DNA from: Blepharisma stoltei ATCC 30299
Lineage: Eukaryota > Protista > Ciliophora
DNA: 64,000 nucleotides
Direction of reading: 5' to 3'
Assembly (NCBI GenBank): GCA_965603825.1
Contig: CBFDEM010000049.1
Span: forward strand, 1 to 64,000
Part shown: positions 11,773 to 25,325 of the stretch, piece after piece
Position numbering within the stretch: position 1 is the stretch's first letter
Layout: every line of letters starts with the position of its first letter
Position numbers and translations under genes: made by a program
Notes under the pieces: generated by a model
What the model saw: only the letters and a program-made list of their open reading frames with translations
Database searches by the model: none
Told to the model about the DNA's origin: nothing

Positions 11773-14700
11773 TTATACTGAAATTTTATAAGTTTGGCCG
11801 TCTTCTCTGCGGAGACTTATATCCCCAGTCACCGTCCAATCGATTTTCACTATATTTAAAAATTCCTTATAATTTTGTGCAGAATTAACCACCTTCTGTA
11901 GCGGCACAGTTTTTGATGGTTTTGATGACGATGATAAAATATCATGGAAAAATCCTTTTTCTATCTTAAATATACGCAGCGTACTGCCAATAGCACAATA
12001 AGAAGCGATTTTATTACCTTTTTTATCGAAATCAATAGCACAGACAGCGTCTTCATGGCCTTCAAGAATTTTTCATTGAGACGCAGTTTTTAAGTCATAA
12101 ATCACAATAAATTTATCAAGAGTGCCTATAGCAAGACGTTGGGTTACCTGGCTGAAGGCGACCATTGGAAGCTTATGGACAAGTTTTTTTAGGAGAGTGC
12201 TAGCTTTTTCTAAACAATTTTTCCTTAGAATTGGGTTGTGGGGGTTAAGAGTTTTTAAGATAACTTCAATAATATCAGGCAAAAATCGTGGGAATTCTTC
12301 ATATTTTTGGATTACAAGGTGTTTTAATGAGGACAGACAGGTTTTTGGATACTTTTTATCAGTCTCCATATCTTCCAAATCATGTGACAAAAATTTCAAA
12401 TAAAGCATAAAATCATGGCATGCGATCTTAGTGACCCCTCTATACAAAATTTTCTTATAAACTGCATCATGGCTCCCTGCATCCCTTAAAAATTCTCTAC
12501 AAATTTCCATGATCTGCTCTGTAGTAAAGCATTGTCTCCAAGCTCCAATTCCATTCCCAATTATTTTTGAAGCAATTGCTACGTAATGCGAGATCCCAGT
12601 TTTCGTCATATTTCTTAATGAATTCAGAATATTCTGCACCACTTTTGCATTTAAATCTCTATTTTCATTACAAAAAAGCCCTAAAATCGACACATATAAA
12701 GCTTCAATAAACGACACATTTTTGCTTTCTGTTTCTGCTTTATTTTCTAATAAAAAAATGCAGGATTTCACTAAATTTGTTTTTTTTCTGTTTTCTAGGT
12801 AAGGTAAAACTTGTTTAATTAAGAAGCCACTGGCGAGGTTTCCGTTTAGATATTGTATAACTAAGGCAGAGATATCAGCTGGCTTGTAGTTTTCGTGGAA
12901 GGATAAATGGGAATTCATAAACTGCTTCAGTTTTCTGCGGGTTGAGCCATCTTTATGTTGAAATGCATAAGCAAAAGCCAAGCCTGAGCCTAATAGGCAG
13001 CTAGTTAAATATCCAGAAATTTCATATTTATCGCTACATATAGGAAGCATAAAGGAATAGCAGTTATTGTAGCCTCTTACGCCGATATGGCAAGATACTA
13101 AAGGCTCTTCAAAACTTAAATATTTTTTTAAATACTCCTTAAGGGAAGTATGGCCTTTACACTCAGCTTTTCAGCAAGTAATTAGTCCTAGAAGGTACTC
13201 AGCCTCAGACAATCTTAATGAATTTTCATTAATCCGCTTTATAGCACTGGAGACATTAGCATGAAGAAGTGGAAAATCAGATCCACCAATAGAAATTTGG
13301 TCAACTGTAATAGGAGCTTTATAGCCTTCTTCACATTGAAATTTTATATGGTTTCATAAGAGTTTGTGGATGTATGAGGACACTTCTTTTTCTTTTTCCT
13401 TTACTGGGGATAAAGGAGCGTTTATTTCTTGATTTAGGATAATGTGAATTTGGTCCATAGGGATTGCTCTTTCTAAAGCTTGAATTGCAGTATCAAAAAT
13501 ATATAGTTTTTGATTGTCACATATAATAAACAAGTAATTTTGGGCTAATAATAAATGGGCTTCAATTACATTTGACTGCAGAGGCTGAAAATAACAAAGA
13601 ATATTATTTGTTATAAGCGAAATCAGCAAAATAGACCCATCTTTGCACTGAGATAAAATAATCCTTTTCCAATAATCCAAAATAGAATGGCTGTTATTTT
13701 CACCTAAAATTGAAATCTCTATCACTTTTTTGACTGCAGATGTATGAATAGGGATCACTTGCTCAGGATGGTTTTTCTTTACTTCTGGACGGATTGCAGA
13801 ACTAGCTTGGTTTTGATAACTCGTTTGCGACCTAAAAAACATTCTCGGTGCTTTTGGGTATATTTCGTTTTGTTTTTCAGGACTTTTTGCTTCAATTTCG
13901 TGATTTTCTATTGAAAATTCCCATAGACACATAAGACTGTCTTTTCCACAAGTGACGAGCTTGTTTTTTGTTAAATAAATGCAGGTTATAGGAGCTTTGT
14001 GGTAGGAATAGGTATAGACTAGCTGGTTAGGCTGAAATGGGCACACATAAATATTCCCTAGAGAAGTCCCAATTAAATAAAATGGCCATTTATCAGTTAG
14101 GGCTATAGTGCTAACTGTAATAATTTCGTTTTCTTTGAATAAAAGGTGCAGTCTGCTGTCTGCGTAGCTTTCATGGCCAATGGATTTTAATGAAAATTGT
14201 ATAATATTGGTATTGGTAATCTTGTCAGGCTTGAAATCAAGCAAATTCAAAATAATGATAGATTGATGCTTATAAGAAATAATGAAATCGTTATAAAAAA
14301 TAGTATTATTAAGTGTCCTGTCGATATATGTGGTTTCGCTTTCCAAACTATTTAAGTTATATTCATCATTTGCTAAAACTGTCATGATTTTTGATCCTGA
14401 GCGACTTAAGCTCAATTCATCTTCAGTGATTTCATTTAAAATATTCATAGACTCATACCTCAACAAAACCCCATCATTCAAAAAAACAAAAAAATAATAA
14501 TAAGAAAATCCAATTGAGACTATCGGCTTGTCCATCTCCAAAAATGCTTTTTCTTGGACTTTTGACATGATCCAGTCCTCATGCAAAAATTGTATGCTTT
14601 TCGCGTGAGCAATAGCCATTATCGAGTCAGTCTGGGAAAAACAAAAAGATGTTGGGTTTTCATCAGTATAGACCTTATACACAGCATCCAGCTTAAACCC

Positions 14701-15303
14701 AGGAAAATCGTCTTTTCCATACGAGAAATTTTTCAAATCTGGGATTTTTCAAAACTCGATTTTTCCTCCTAAATCTGACCCTGCAAGATAATTATTTGCC
14801 AAATGGTTTCAGCTTGAAATTCACGATACCTTGTTATCCATCGTATATGTCGCCAAAATTTCCATTGTCCAGCTATCCACTAAGAAAATATTCATAATTT
14901 CTCCAGAAATCGCCAAAAATCGTTGCTGAATAGTGATCATCATATCAAGCCTCGTAGAATTTGGCAGCGTCCCATTTTCTGAAGAAATTATGCACCGGCC
15001 ATCTCTGATGTCTCAGCATCTAATGATACTATCAGCATGAAGAGAAGCAATACACTGATCGCAGCCAATTAAATCAGAATTCAAAGGGGTAATAAAGGTG
15101 AGGGCGCGACACTCAACGTCTTTTCCGATTGTGCAGATCACGTGTGGGAGAAATTTATCTTGAATCTGGGTTCATATACAAATTTCACCAGAATCGCATC
15201 CCGTGCAAATTTTTTTGTCTTTGATAGAGGTACATGTAATGTTATGAATTAAGCCTTGGCTGTTCTTGTTCCAGAATATGAATGGAATATTTTCAAGTGA
15301 CAT
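11773..15303 (-). CDS. WDR7: WD-repeat protein WDR7/WDR72 (rabconnectin-3 beta)-like, ~1176 aa
   Basis: N-terminal IPFIFW..HNITC..ICTGCDSGEICI(W) and RC(W)DIRDGRCI; C-terminal LPMVAF..QRLAIG..IYDLKTASQ(W)KILEGH. Single frame from ATG 15303 to TAA 11773 with TGA read-through. Confidence 0.82.
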
Positions 15304-15935
15304 TTTTATTAATAAATACACAAGATGAGACTTGATAAATGAAGAAACTGGAGTTAAGAAAAATTAATTGGGAGAGATTCTTAAAATAAATGAGGTAGGA
15401 ATGAAAATAGATTTCCTTGATCTTTATATTGTGTGAAGGATTATTAAATAATGATATAATAAAATCTTTATGATTGATATATAAAATTCAAGCAAATGCA
15501 AGATTACCCTGCAATATTAATCTAGAGGCTATTAGTATTGGTCTATAGTGCAACTAATTAAATAAATGAAGCTTAATTTGTATTATTTTTTAATTCTAAA
15601 TTACATCCCTTTAATTCTTCTCTTCAAGTTTTTGATTCTCTAACTTTTTTATTTGTTAAATTATTCAATAATCTGAAATTAAGAATTAAAAATAATTTAA
15701 AAGACTTTTACAAGCATCAAAAAATAACATAAAATATTTAATAGTTGATAAAATAGTGTCGCATCAATTTAAGACTAATTAAACAATAGATGGTTCAATA
15801 TTTTAAGTAAATTTATTAAACACAATTAATTAATTTATTATATTTGTCAAAATTTTATATAATATTGGTAGGATGCGTTTATTTAATAATTGCTATTAAA
15901 TGCAAATTAAATTATTTATTTACAATCTTAATAAC

Positions 15936-17837
15936 ATGGAAGGAGGACTTTTCTCAGGCCTACGCAAGCTTTTATCAGGGTTAGCGTGCTATCAAGCTCG
16001 TCCATCTATAGACATCGATAATTTTATGTCATCTAACCATTTTGACAGTCAAAATAAAACAGCAGAAGACGCAAGTAACACGACTCATTACAACCACGCT
16101 AAAAAATCCCAAAAAACCATCCAAAAGCTGAAAACACATGACGAGACTTCCCCAAAGTTTACAAGAAAAAAATCCTTAACAGTCACAGAAAAAACTCAAG
16201 CAGTCTACCAAGATCAAAATTTCAACGACAAAGATCTCAGCCAATTCCACACAGAGCCTATAAGAAACCCTAAACATTTATACTCAAATAAGCGAAAAAT
16301 CAACGAAATGCTCTGAGAAGCCATAGAAACAGCTGACCCTGACCTCTGCAGAAGTTTATTAGATGAAAAAGTCTATGGATCATTAAAGGCACAATTGTCA
16401 TTTCGAGGAGAAGACAATAAAACCCCCTTACATCTAGCAGTAGAAATCGGGAATATCAAAGTAATAGAAACTTTATTAGAAAAAGCTGAAAATAGCGACA
16501 TAAACTCTCAAGACAATAATTGGCAGACTCCTCTACATATAGCCTGCAAAAACGGCAAGAAAAAAATCGCAAAAATCCTGCTCTCTGCAGGGGCAAGGAC
16601 TGATATCACAGATACCAAAGGGAAAAAACCATTAGATGTTGCCATAGACTATGGATATCAGCCACTTATAGCAATTTTTAATAAGCAGACACAAAAAGCG
16701 GTCCCAGATTCCCCGCTGCCTTCACAGGAAGACGAGACTATTGAAATACAGACCTTTGAAGAAGCAGAAGTCGAACAAATGATGCAAAGACTGTCAACGC
16801 CATTTATCCCTAACGACAAAGGTAAAGAAAAAGCATCAAAAGTCCCTGTTTTTGATGAAGAAGAAAAATCTGAAAAGAAAAAAGTGACTGCCAGCGATTT
16901 TGAAGCCATTTCTCAGCTAGGAAAAGGAAGCTTTGGGGAGGTATTTTTAGTCAAAAAAATAGGCACTGACAAGCTATATGCTATGAAAATTTTGAGAAAA
17001 AATAAAATTATTGGCCAAAATCTCGTAAAATATGCCCTGACTGAAAGAAATGTGATGAGCTATTTTAATCACCCTTTTATTGTAGGGCTAAAATATGCGT
17101 TTCAGACTACTGATAAATTATTTTTAATACTGGATTATTGCCCTGGTGGCGATTTGACGTCTTATATAATAAAAGAAAAAAAATTTGACGAGAAAAGAGC
17201 AAGGATTTATTTATGTGAAATTTTATTAGCACTAGAAGAGCTACATAAACGAGATATTATTTATAGAGATTTAAAGCCAGATAATGTAGTATTAGACGCC
17301 CAAGGCCATGCAATGCTTACTGATTTCGGGTTATCGAAAGAAGGGGTTTTTGATAATAATTCAGCCAAATCGTTTTGTGGGAGTGTTGCATATTTGGCAC
17401 CAGAAATGCTAAAAAGAAAAGGCCATGGGAAAGCAGTGGACTGATATTTATTAGGGGTTTTACTATATGAGATGCTTGTAGGAGTCCCACCTTATTATGC
17501 AAATAATAGGGAGCAGCTATTTTATAACATCCAAAACGCAAAATTAAAACTTCCTCCTTTTTTAAGCCCAGAAGCTAAAAACCTGTTAAAAGGGCTACTA
17601 GAAAGAGACCCGAATAGAAGACTAGGAAGCCATTATGACGCTGAAGAAATCAAAAGATATGAGTTTTTTGATGGGATTGACTGGGCAAAAGTTATGAGAA
17701 GGGAGCTAAAACCGCCAAAGCCTGCCAGAAAATTTATACCGCCGACGAATATGCCACAATATAAAGTTCGAGGGAGGCAGCATTCGCCTGAAAGTGATGC
17801 AAACAGGCTTGAAAATTGGACTTTTATTGCTGAGTAG
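15936..17837 (+). CDS. Ankyrin-repeat AGC-family Ser/Thr kinase (RSK/SGK/Akt-like domain)
   Basis: TPLHLA/TPLHIA ankyrin repeats; GKGSFGEV, YAMK, YRDLKPDN, DFG, APE, AVD(W)Y with TGA at 17442; AGC C-tail. Start at 15936, or 15900. Confidence 0.93.
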
Positions 17838-18223
17838 CTGTAAAAATATGATATATTAATTAAAATAAGGGTATTTATTATGCCAAAATGGCTGAGAGTT
17901 CTAAAATATTGTTCACCAAATAGCTTAAAACTACTTTTTTTCTAGCAAAATATTTTAAAATATTAATATTTCCTTGAAAACTCTCAAAATCCAATTAAAA
18001 AATCTTCAAAAGTAATTTTTTAATAAGCCTTTATTTATCACTTACAAACTTTCCTTCCTCCCTTCCATAATTATTTATTTTTTTAATATTCTCCTCCCTC
18101 TATTTTTCCGCTTTCAATCTCCTATATCCCAATTCCTATCCTTCGCCATTAAAAATCAATGGAGTATCTTTTAATATCTCCTAGATTCCATATGGTTCCA
18201 AAATGGTTTCTTATAATAAATCA

Positions 18224-19342
18224 ATGGACGCCCCACTTGTAGTTGACCTTGGTGGATTTCTCGACCATCTGGCTCACCACCCTCACGAGCCTATTCCTCC
18301 AGCAGTAAGAGACGAATGCCAAAAAGTCGTCGACACTTTCCACAATACAGGGATCTTAATTGCCCGTGACCCTAGAGTTAACGAACAAATCAACTGGGAC
18401 TTCCTCGACATGATGGAGCATTACTTCAGAAGAGCTGGGAATCAGCTTTACAATGGAGAAAAAGTGGCTGAGGTCCACCCTGAACTGCATTTCCAAGTTG
18501 GAGCGACTCCAGAAAATGTCGAAAAGGCGAGGAACCATTGTGAAAGAATTAATAATTTGCCAGAAGACTCAAAGGCGGTGACTGAGTGCCCACCTCAATA
18601 TGATGCTAAGTGGAGATACTTCTGGAGAATCGGAGACTTCTCAGCCCATCGCTCAGACGTCGAATACGAAAACGTCGTCCCTCCAGATTTCCCACAATGG
18701 ACTGAACTAATGAACACCTGGGGATCTCTCATGCTCAGAACCGTAGAAACAGTCGTCAGGATGTTCGAAATCGCTGCTGGCGTCCAGCCAGAAAAAATCG
18801 TGGACATGCTCAGAGGCGCTCCACATCTACTTGCCCCAACTGGCTCTGACCTAAACAAATTTGGCAAAGGATCAGTCTTCGCAGGCTACCATTATGACTT
18901 AAACTTCATCACAATCCACGGAAAATCAAGATTCCCAGGACTTTCAGCGTGGCTTAGAAATAACCAAAAAATTGATGTCGCAGTGCCTAGTGGCTGTTTA
19001 TTGCTTCAAGCTGGGAAACTTTTTGAATATATAACAGGCGGGTACGTCTTGGCAGGATACCATGAGGTCGTTTTTAATGAAAGGACACAAGCAGCGGTAA
19101 ATACAGCAAGAGAGACTGGCAGAATTCTATGGAGAGTCAGCAGTACCTTGTTCAGCCATATCAGACATGACGTGGTTCTGCATCCGATGGAAGAGTTTGC
19201 TGATAGATTTCCATTGCCAAGAGAAGAGACAATAGCGAAGTATCCACCACTTACAGCAGCTGACAGCTTGAAAGAAGAGCTTAGACTGATCAATCTTTGG
19301 AAAAACGAAAACCCAGAGGCACCAGCCAGCAGAGGCTATTAA
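18224..19342 (+). CDS. 2-oxoglutarate/Fe(II) dioxygenase (isopenicillin N synthase-like fold)
   Basis: HYD...H...RVS facial triad and 2OG-binding motif; GKSRFPGL. ATG 18224 follows AT-rich TATAATAAATCA (alternative start 18203). Confidence 0.85.
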   Translation: MDAPLVVDLGGFLDHLAHHPHEPIPPAVRDECQKVVDTFHNTGILIARDPRVNEQINWDFLDMMEHYFRRAGNQLYNGEKVAEVHPELHFQVGATPENVEKARNHCERINNLPEDSKAVTECPPQYDAKWRYFWRIGDFSAHRSDVEYENVVPPDFPQWTELMNTWGSLMLRTVETVVRMFEIAAGVQPEKIVDMLRGAPHLLAPTGSDLNKFGKGSVFAGYHYDLNFITIHGKSRFPGLSAWLRNNQKIDVAVPSGCLLLQAGKLFEYITGGYVLAGYHEVVFNERTQAAVNTARETGRILWRVSSTLFSHIRHDVVLHPMEEFADRFPLPREETIAKYPPLTAADSLKEELRLINLWKNENPEAPASRGY

Positions 19343-20454
19343 TTTAATTAGAAATTAACGTTATAAACATATTTAATAGGAGTAACAGAAATTTGATCAA
19401 GAAAAAAAGCGATTAAAGATTTCTTAGTTATGATGGAAAATACATGAGGACAGAAAAATTAGGCTTGTTGAAGCAGATTTTATGACTCTATTAGAAATGA
19501 TCATAGAAGAGTTTAGAAAAGAGATATAATCGAAATAGAGAAGAGGCCAAGGAAAAAATTATAGGAACTATAGGACGTTAGAAAGAAAAACAATTAGTTA
19601 ATAGATGAAATAGAAGAATTTAATTATTAAGCAAATTATTATATCAATCTGAGGAATTTTGTCGGATTTGGATGAGGATGAAGCTGATTTTGCTGAAATG
19701 GAGGTTAATAGACTTATTTTTTTTGACATTATCTTTATAACATACAGTAGAAAGAGGATTAACAAAGAAGTCTTCCAAAAACCCAAGCACTTAAGATGTT
19801 TGGACAAATTAAAAGAGGAATCAAAAATTTGGAAGAGAAAAGATACAAATTTTAAAATTTAATTTTAATAGAATATGTATGTGAGGAAAATAAAGACTTG
19901 GATTAATTTTTAATCTATATTGTTTATATGCATTGCAATTGCAATAAAATGCAGTAGCATCTTTAAAGAAATCTATCTTGATTTTGGCTTTAGACTTATT
20001 GTATTTGTGATATTAATTGTAAAGCTTCCTTAAGTAAAAATAAATTAATTGCAATAAAATTAAATAGGCATAAGTTTTAATAATTCTTTATATGTAATTA
20101 TAAGATTCTATAATAGCTTTTTCCCTTTTCCTTAAAAAGCTTTCATTTTTTATTTGTTTATTCTAGCCAGAAAAAATGATGACTCATAAAACAAAAATTT
20201 CAATTGTCTTTTTGCTACCCTGCATTATTCTTTAATCTAAATTGCATTTGCTCAAATAATCCTTTACAATTCCTTTTCAATTATTATTTTTCTTCATTTT
20301 CTATTTTAATTATTTACATGCTTTCACAAATCCTTCTCTTGATTACCTACACTTATATTCATTTTTAACGTCACGAAATTTTATAACAGAGATTTTTTAT
20401 CATTCTCTTGAGAAGTAATCCATTTTAGCTGGAAGAGCTATAAAACAATTAAAG

Positions 20455-21093
20455 ATGAATTCTGATCTCAAATACAGTGAGAAACTCAGCTCAAGCCTGA
20501 TTGAAAACTTATACGTTGAAGAGGAGCCGCGGTCCTCTAAATACGAACTTCAGTCAGACGATAGACTTGAGCTTGAAGAACTTATTGATGGCCACCTAAT
20601 TTTAGGATTCTGGGTACACAGACCTGGTTTTAGCCGCCTATCAAGGCTTTTTACCTTAATAACAGTTGTGCTCTTTGAGCTCATGCTTGAAGAAGTGCTA
20701 CTTTTTGTGTATGGGAATAGTGATAATGGAGAAATTATGGGATCCCAAGACTTAGTTTCGAATTACATAAACAAGTACCTGGGTTATACCATTTTGGCAG
20801 TCATTACAGTGATACCGATTGAAGCCTTTATGATAGCTTCCTTGAGCTTAAACAGAAAACAAACATCGAATTGGGCTGCAGCTTCAATTGTGATAGGAAT
20901 TTTGATCATGATTGGATCTGTTGTTGGGATTTTTGTTATGAACTCCCAGATGGATTTTGAATGGTACGCGTTGTGGGGCTTAAGCTTCTTTACCGGAATA
21001 TTGCTAGAAGCTGGCATCGTCGAAAGCTTTTTTATGTTTGCAAGATACTTTGTCATTCAGAGTTTCGGGCCTTTTGACAAATATATAAAATAA
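20455..21093 (+). CDS. Multi-pass membrane protein resembling a polycystin-1-like TM segment (copy A)
   Basis: HLILGFW..PGFSRLSR followed by about 4 hydrophobic helices; paralog of 22450-23079. Confidence 0.65.
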   Translation: MNSDLKYSEKLSSSLIENLYVEEEPRSSKYELQSDDRLELEELIDGHLILGFWVHRPGFSRLSRLFTLITVVLFELMLEEVLLFVYGNSDNGEIMGSQDLVSNYINKYLGYTILAVITVIPIEAFMIASLSLNRKQTSNWAAASIVIGILIMIGSVVGIFVMNSQMDFEWYALWGLSFFTGILLEAGIVESFFMFARYFVIQSFGPFDKYIK

Positions 21094-22449
21094 TGAGATA
21101 AATAACTATTAGGACTTTAATTAATCTCACGAAAAATATTGGTTACTCTCAAAATTTTTGGAGAAAATACCATAAACACTTCATATTTAGTTGACCTCTT
21201 CTTTATCAGTCAATAAAATTTTGGATTAAATTACATAAAACTTACCTGAAGCATTTTTCAGACTTTTCCAGTGCCTAAATTTGTTCATCTAATCAACAAT
21301 TTTACCTTATTCAAGTATTTCAATGCTATTTTCAAGCTAGAGCTGCTTAATATCTCACCTTTATAAATTAATTGATAGAAATTCTATAACATCAAAATCG
21401 AATTTTCTTTTATTATTTAAACGTGCTATATATAGATTATTCAATTCATATTAAAATTGAATAAAGTTTCAAGCTCTTATAGAATAAACCATTTTAATTA
21501 CTTCTATTATTGAGCCTAGCATCGAGGTTTTGTATAATCTCTTCTGAAACTTCTGATGATTTATCGAGCTCTTGAATGTACTTTTCAAGCTTCTCAATGG
21601 TCTTATTTACTCATGATTATTTCCTGGGGAATACTCAATTTAATAGTTCGCTCATGTTGTATAAAATGCCGCACATTCTCGTCTCTTTAATTTAACTTTA
21701 AAGTCATTTTCTATGAGTCAGAAGTATTTTCCGTGAGTCAATAGTACTGGCTTATCCTCGCTGAACTTTATTTTAATTATTTTTCAATTTTACGAAATGA
21801 TTAGAGAAAAAGAATAAAATAAATCATGATTTTATTTCTTAAGATTTAAACTTAATTTCCCAGCTAGCAAGTTCAAATTTAAATTATGGCTCATTTTTCA
21901 TTAATACCTTAACTATCTAGAAGATAAGGATAAGATTTATAATTTAAATCTTAATTATAAATAAAATTGAAGCCTCATTGAATAAAATATTTAAAAGTTT
22001 ATTCAGAAATAGCTTGATATTTTAGCATCAGCATAATAAATTAAAAAAGTAAATAAATTTGACTGCACTAAAATATTTAATATTAAATATAAATGGAATA
22101 AAGCACAAGTGTATTTTGAAAGCTCAACAAATATTATTTATTTTCGTTTTTTTAGGATTATTTGCCGTACCTGATAGTTAAATTGGATAACATTTCTTGC
22201 TTTTTTTAAATTGAGCCTGTAAATTAATTAAATAAGGTTAAAAAGCTCATATAATAGTATACTAGCGAAAAATTATTCAGTTTGATTAAAAAAAAGACTA
22301 TAGAAAGGTGCTTAGATTTTAAGAATTCAAGGTATTCTCTGCATTATAGCAATGCCAAGTGCTCATGAATAATTTCGCAGCATGATTTTGACCTATAGAA
22401 AGTATAATAGAGAGAACTATTTATTTAAGATAAAAACACTATTTGATTT

Positions 22450-23079
22450 TTATTTTTCAATATGTCCAAAACTTTGGATAAAAAAGTATCTAGCAAACAT
22501 GAAAAAGCTCTCAATGATACTAACTTCTAGCAAAATCCCGACCATAAAACTTACAGCCCATAGCCTATTCCATTCATTTCCTGCTTGGGGACTCATAAAA
22601 AAAATCCCAATAGCCGATATTATCATAACTAAAATTCCAACCACAAATGAAGCAGTAGCCCAATTCGACACTTGCTTTCTTTTAAAGCTCAGAGAAGCTA
22701 TCATAAAAGCTTCAATCGGAACCGCTGCAATTATTGCCAAAATTGTATAAACGAAATAATTGTTGATATAATAGATCGCAAAGTCCAGGGCTCCCATAGC
22801 TTCTCCAATGACAATATTACTATCTGTAGAAATCAGAGCTTCTTCGAGCGCCCGCTCAAAAAGCACAATTGTCATTAGGGTAAAAAGCCTTGAGAGATGG
22901 CCAAAATCAGGTCTGCGCACAAAGAAGCCTAGTATGAGATGGCCCTCAATGAGTTCTTCAAGATCAAGTTTCTCATCTGACTGAAGTTTATGCTTATATA
23001 ACTGTAGCTCCTCTTCAACATTTAAGCTTTCAATCAGGCTTGAGCTTGTTTTTTCATTGCATTTTAAATCAAAATCCAT
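22450..23079 (-). CDS. Multi-pass membrane protein (copy B, inverted paralog)
   Basis: Colinear with 20455-21093, including the upstream TAAAACAATTAAAGATG. Confidence 0.65.
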   Translation of the reverse strand: MDFDLKCNEKTSSSLIESLNVEEELQLYKHKLQSDEKLDLEELIEGHLILGFFVRRPDFGHLSRLFTLMTIVLFERALEEALISTDSNIVIGEAMGALDFAIYYINNYFVYTILAIIAAVPIEAFMIASLSFKRKQVSNWATASFVVGILVMIISAIGIFFMSPQAGNEWNRLWAVSFMVGILLEVSIIESFFMFARYFFIQSFGHIEK

Positions 23080-23759
23080 CTTTAATTGTTTTATATTTCT
23101 TTATCCAAAAATGGAAATTTTGTACACTATTCAGTAAAAATTTCGGTTAAAATTTTATGATATACAGAATTACACTGATAAATGTAGGAATAATTGGCAA
23201 TGCATGGAAAACTATGCAAATAATAGAATAACAAATTGGGGACTAAGGTAAATAAAAAGGGCTTTACCTTGCTCGTTAAAATTAATTTAGTGAAGAGTGA
23301 ATAGCAGTCTTGTATGAAAAAAAACAGTGTAACCCCTTTTTTATTGTGATGCCATTTTCTCATGTTAAAATAAAAGAGGGAAAGCTATTATTGAGGATAA
23401 CTATTTTTGATAAAACATTTTTTATACGGAGAATTTCGAAAACTTGTTTTATTCTTGTTTATATATAAGCTTAATTCTATTTTAATCTTTCTAATTTCTT
23501 TATGTATTTTAATAATATATCAGATTCATTAATTTATGCTAATAATAAATTGTTTTGTTATTAGTCTCCTAGATTCTATAGCTAGTCTTTCTTTATTACC
23601 TTCGGAGAATCACTATCCTTATCTTCCTCTGAGAGCTCTTTCTTTTCTTAAGCATTCATAGAAAATGAGCACCTATGAAACTTTATACTGAAGGAAAAGG
23701 AATCTTGCTTTAATAAAAAACCAAGTAAAAAGTAATTTGAAAAAATTGCTAACTAATCG

Positions 23760-24372
23760 TATTTAAAATGTGACTAGATATCCCACGATGGTAACTTCTC
23801 CCTTTTTGGCATCTTCAGTTGGATATGGGCAAAATTAGCCTTAATAGCAGCTGTGCATCAACAGTGCCCATCTTTGCATACTCATCCTTTTTTGTATTTT
23901 CCAAAGTGGTCATGCTATTGCCTAATCTGACTTGAATTTCGCAGCATTGATAGAAAGTTCCAAAATTATTTTCTAAATACTCTGCAAAGTGCATTCATCA
24001 CATATAAACTGATCTAAAAATATCACAGTTTTACTTTTCCTATAAAATTTTTCTCTCACAAGGAAGCTCGCCTCCTCATCACTGAGTTATCTGTTGGGTT
24101 CAATGTTACACTTAACTAAAATCAGTCATAATACAAGATCAATGCTGATTTCCATTCCCTTCAGGGTGCATTCTCATCTGCTTCGCTGGAGAGATTATCC
24201 TTGATCTGCAAGTTAACCAATCCTTTTACTTTACTTTCGCATGAAGGATTTTCCAAAATTTTCTCTAAGATCTCTTTTCTAATCATTGGGTCAATTAATA
24301 CAGTTTCCTTCCTCAATTTTACAATTTTGCTAGAACATTCTGCAAAGACTAAGCTATTAGCAGCAAAATCAT
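23760..24372 (-). pseudogene. Decayed gene with signal-peptide-like start
   Basis: MILLLIA/LVFAECSSK.. needs a frameshift; protein-like frames broken by several TAA/TAG. Confidence 0.35.
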
Positions 24373-24416
24373 TTTGGTTAAATTTATAAGAAGGATGGTT
24401 AATTACAACTATCTAT

Positions 24417-25325
24417 TTAACTAATTTCTTTAGGTTCAAAGCTGCGGCTTGTTGCACTCTGAGGTCTCATTGAAAAAGTTCCACTTTGAGACCTCCCTGA
24501 AAAAGTCGCCCTCCCAGAAAACACACTTTTAGTCCCTGTGGTCTCAGAAATAAAAATCCCTGACCCAGTTGTATGCTTTCCATCAAACCTATTTTTCTCT
24601 CTCCTATGGGCGTTTTGCATTTCTTTTTTGATATTTTGGTATTTTTTAAGCAAACTTTCCATTTCCACTGCCTTGGTTTTCTTCATCTCGTCAAAACCAT
24701 TTTTCGCTTTTTGCCTAAATGCTTGCAATTCATTATCCTGCCTCTTTTGCAGGGCTGCTAAACCTTGTTTAATTTGGCTGTCTCTATCTTGGCCCCAATT
24801 TTCCTTTTCCTTTTCTTCTAGCTCTATCATTTGTTGCTGAATTGCGTGGGCTTCCACGTATTCGTGCTTGGTAACCAAGGTGTCTTGGATTCTTTTGAGG
24901 TTCAAGAATTCAGAAGAATGCTTAGGGATGATAGGGATGGAGTCTTCTAAGGACTTTTTAGTGGTCTCGTACTCGTTTTCCTGCTTCTGCTTCAGCTGGT
25001 TCTCAAGCTCTTTGCATTCTTCACGATACTTCTCCATGCGAGAATCCCAGTCATCGTTAAAATTTTTGAATTCTTCGTTAAAGGTGTTGTCGAGCTCTTC
25101 TAAGGCTTTGTTTTGACGGTCAAGAAGCTTGGCTTCACGACGATCCTTGTGGTCACGCTTGAGCTGGAGAATCCTTTGGTGGGTTTTTTCTGCTTCTAAG
25201 AACTCGCCTTGTTTTTCATAATTGCTGCGCTGCTCTTCTAAGTTTTTGCTGCGTAAGGGTTACATGAGTTCATTGATCTCTTCTAAGTCGTGATCTGTCT
25301 CTAAAGGATTGCTATCTTTATCCAT
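24417..25325 (-). CDS. Coiled-coil protein with one 15-nt intron
   Basis: ATG 25325; an in-frame TAA is removed by intron 25249-25263; continues into ORF 24417-25037. Confidence 0.85.
25249..25263 (-). other. 15-nt spliceosomal intron GTAACCCTTACGCAG
   Basis: GT-AG, A six nt from the 3' end; removal eliminates an in-frame TAA. Confidence 0.9.
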
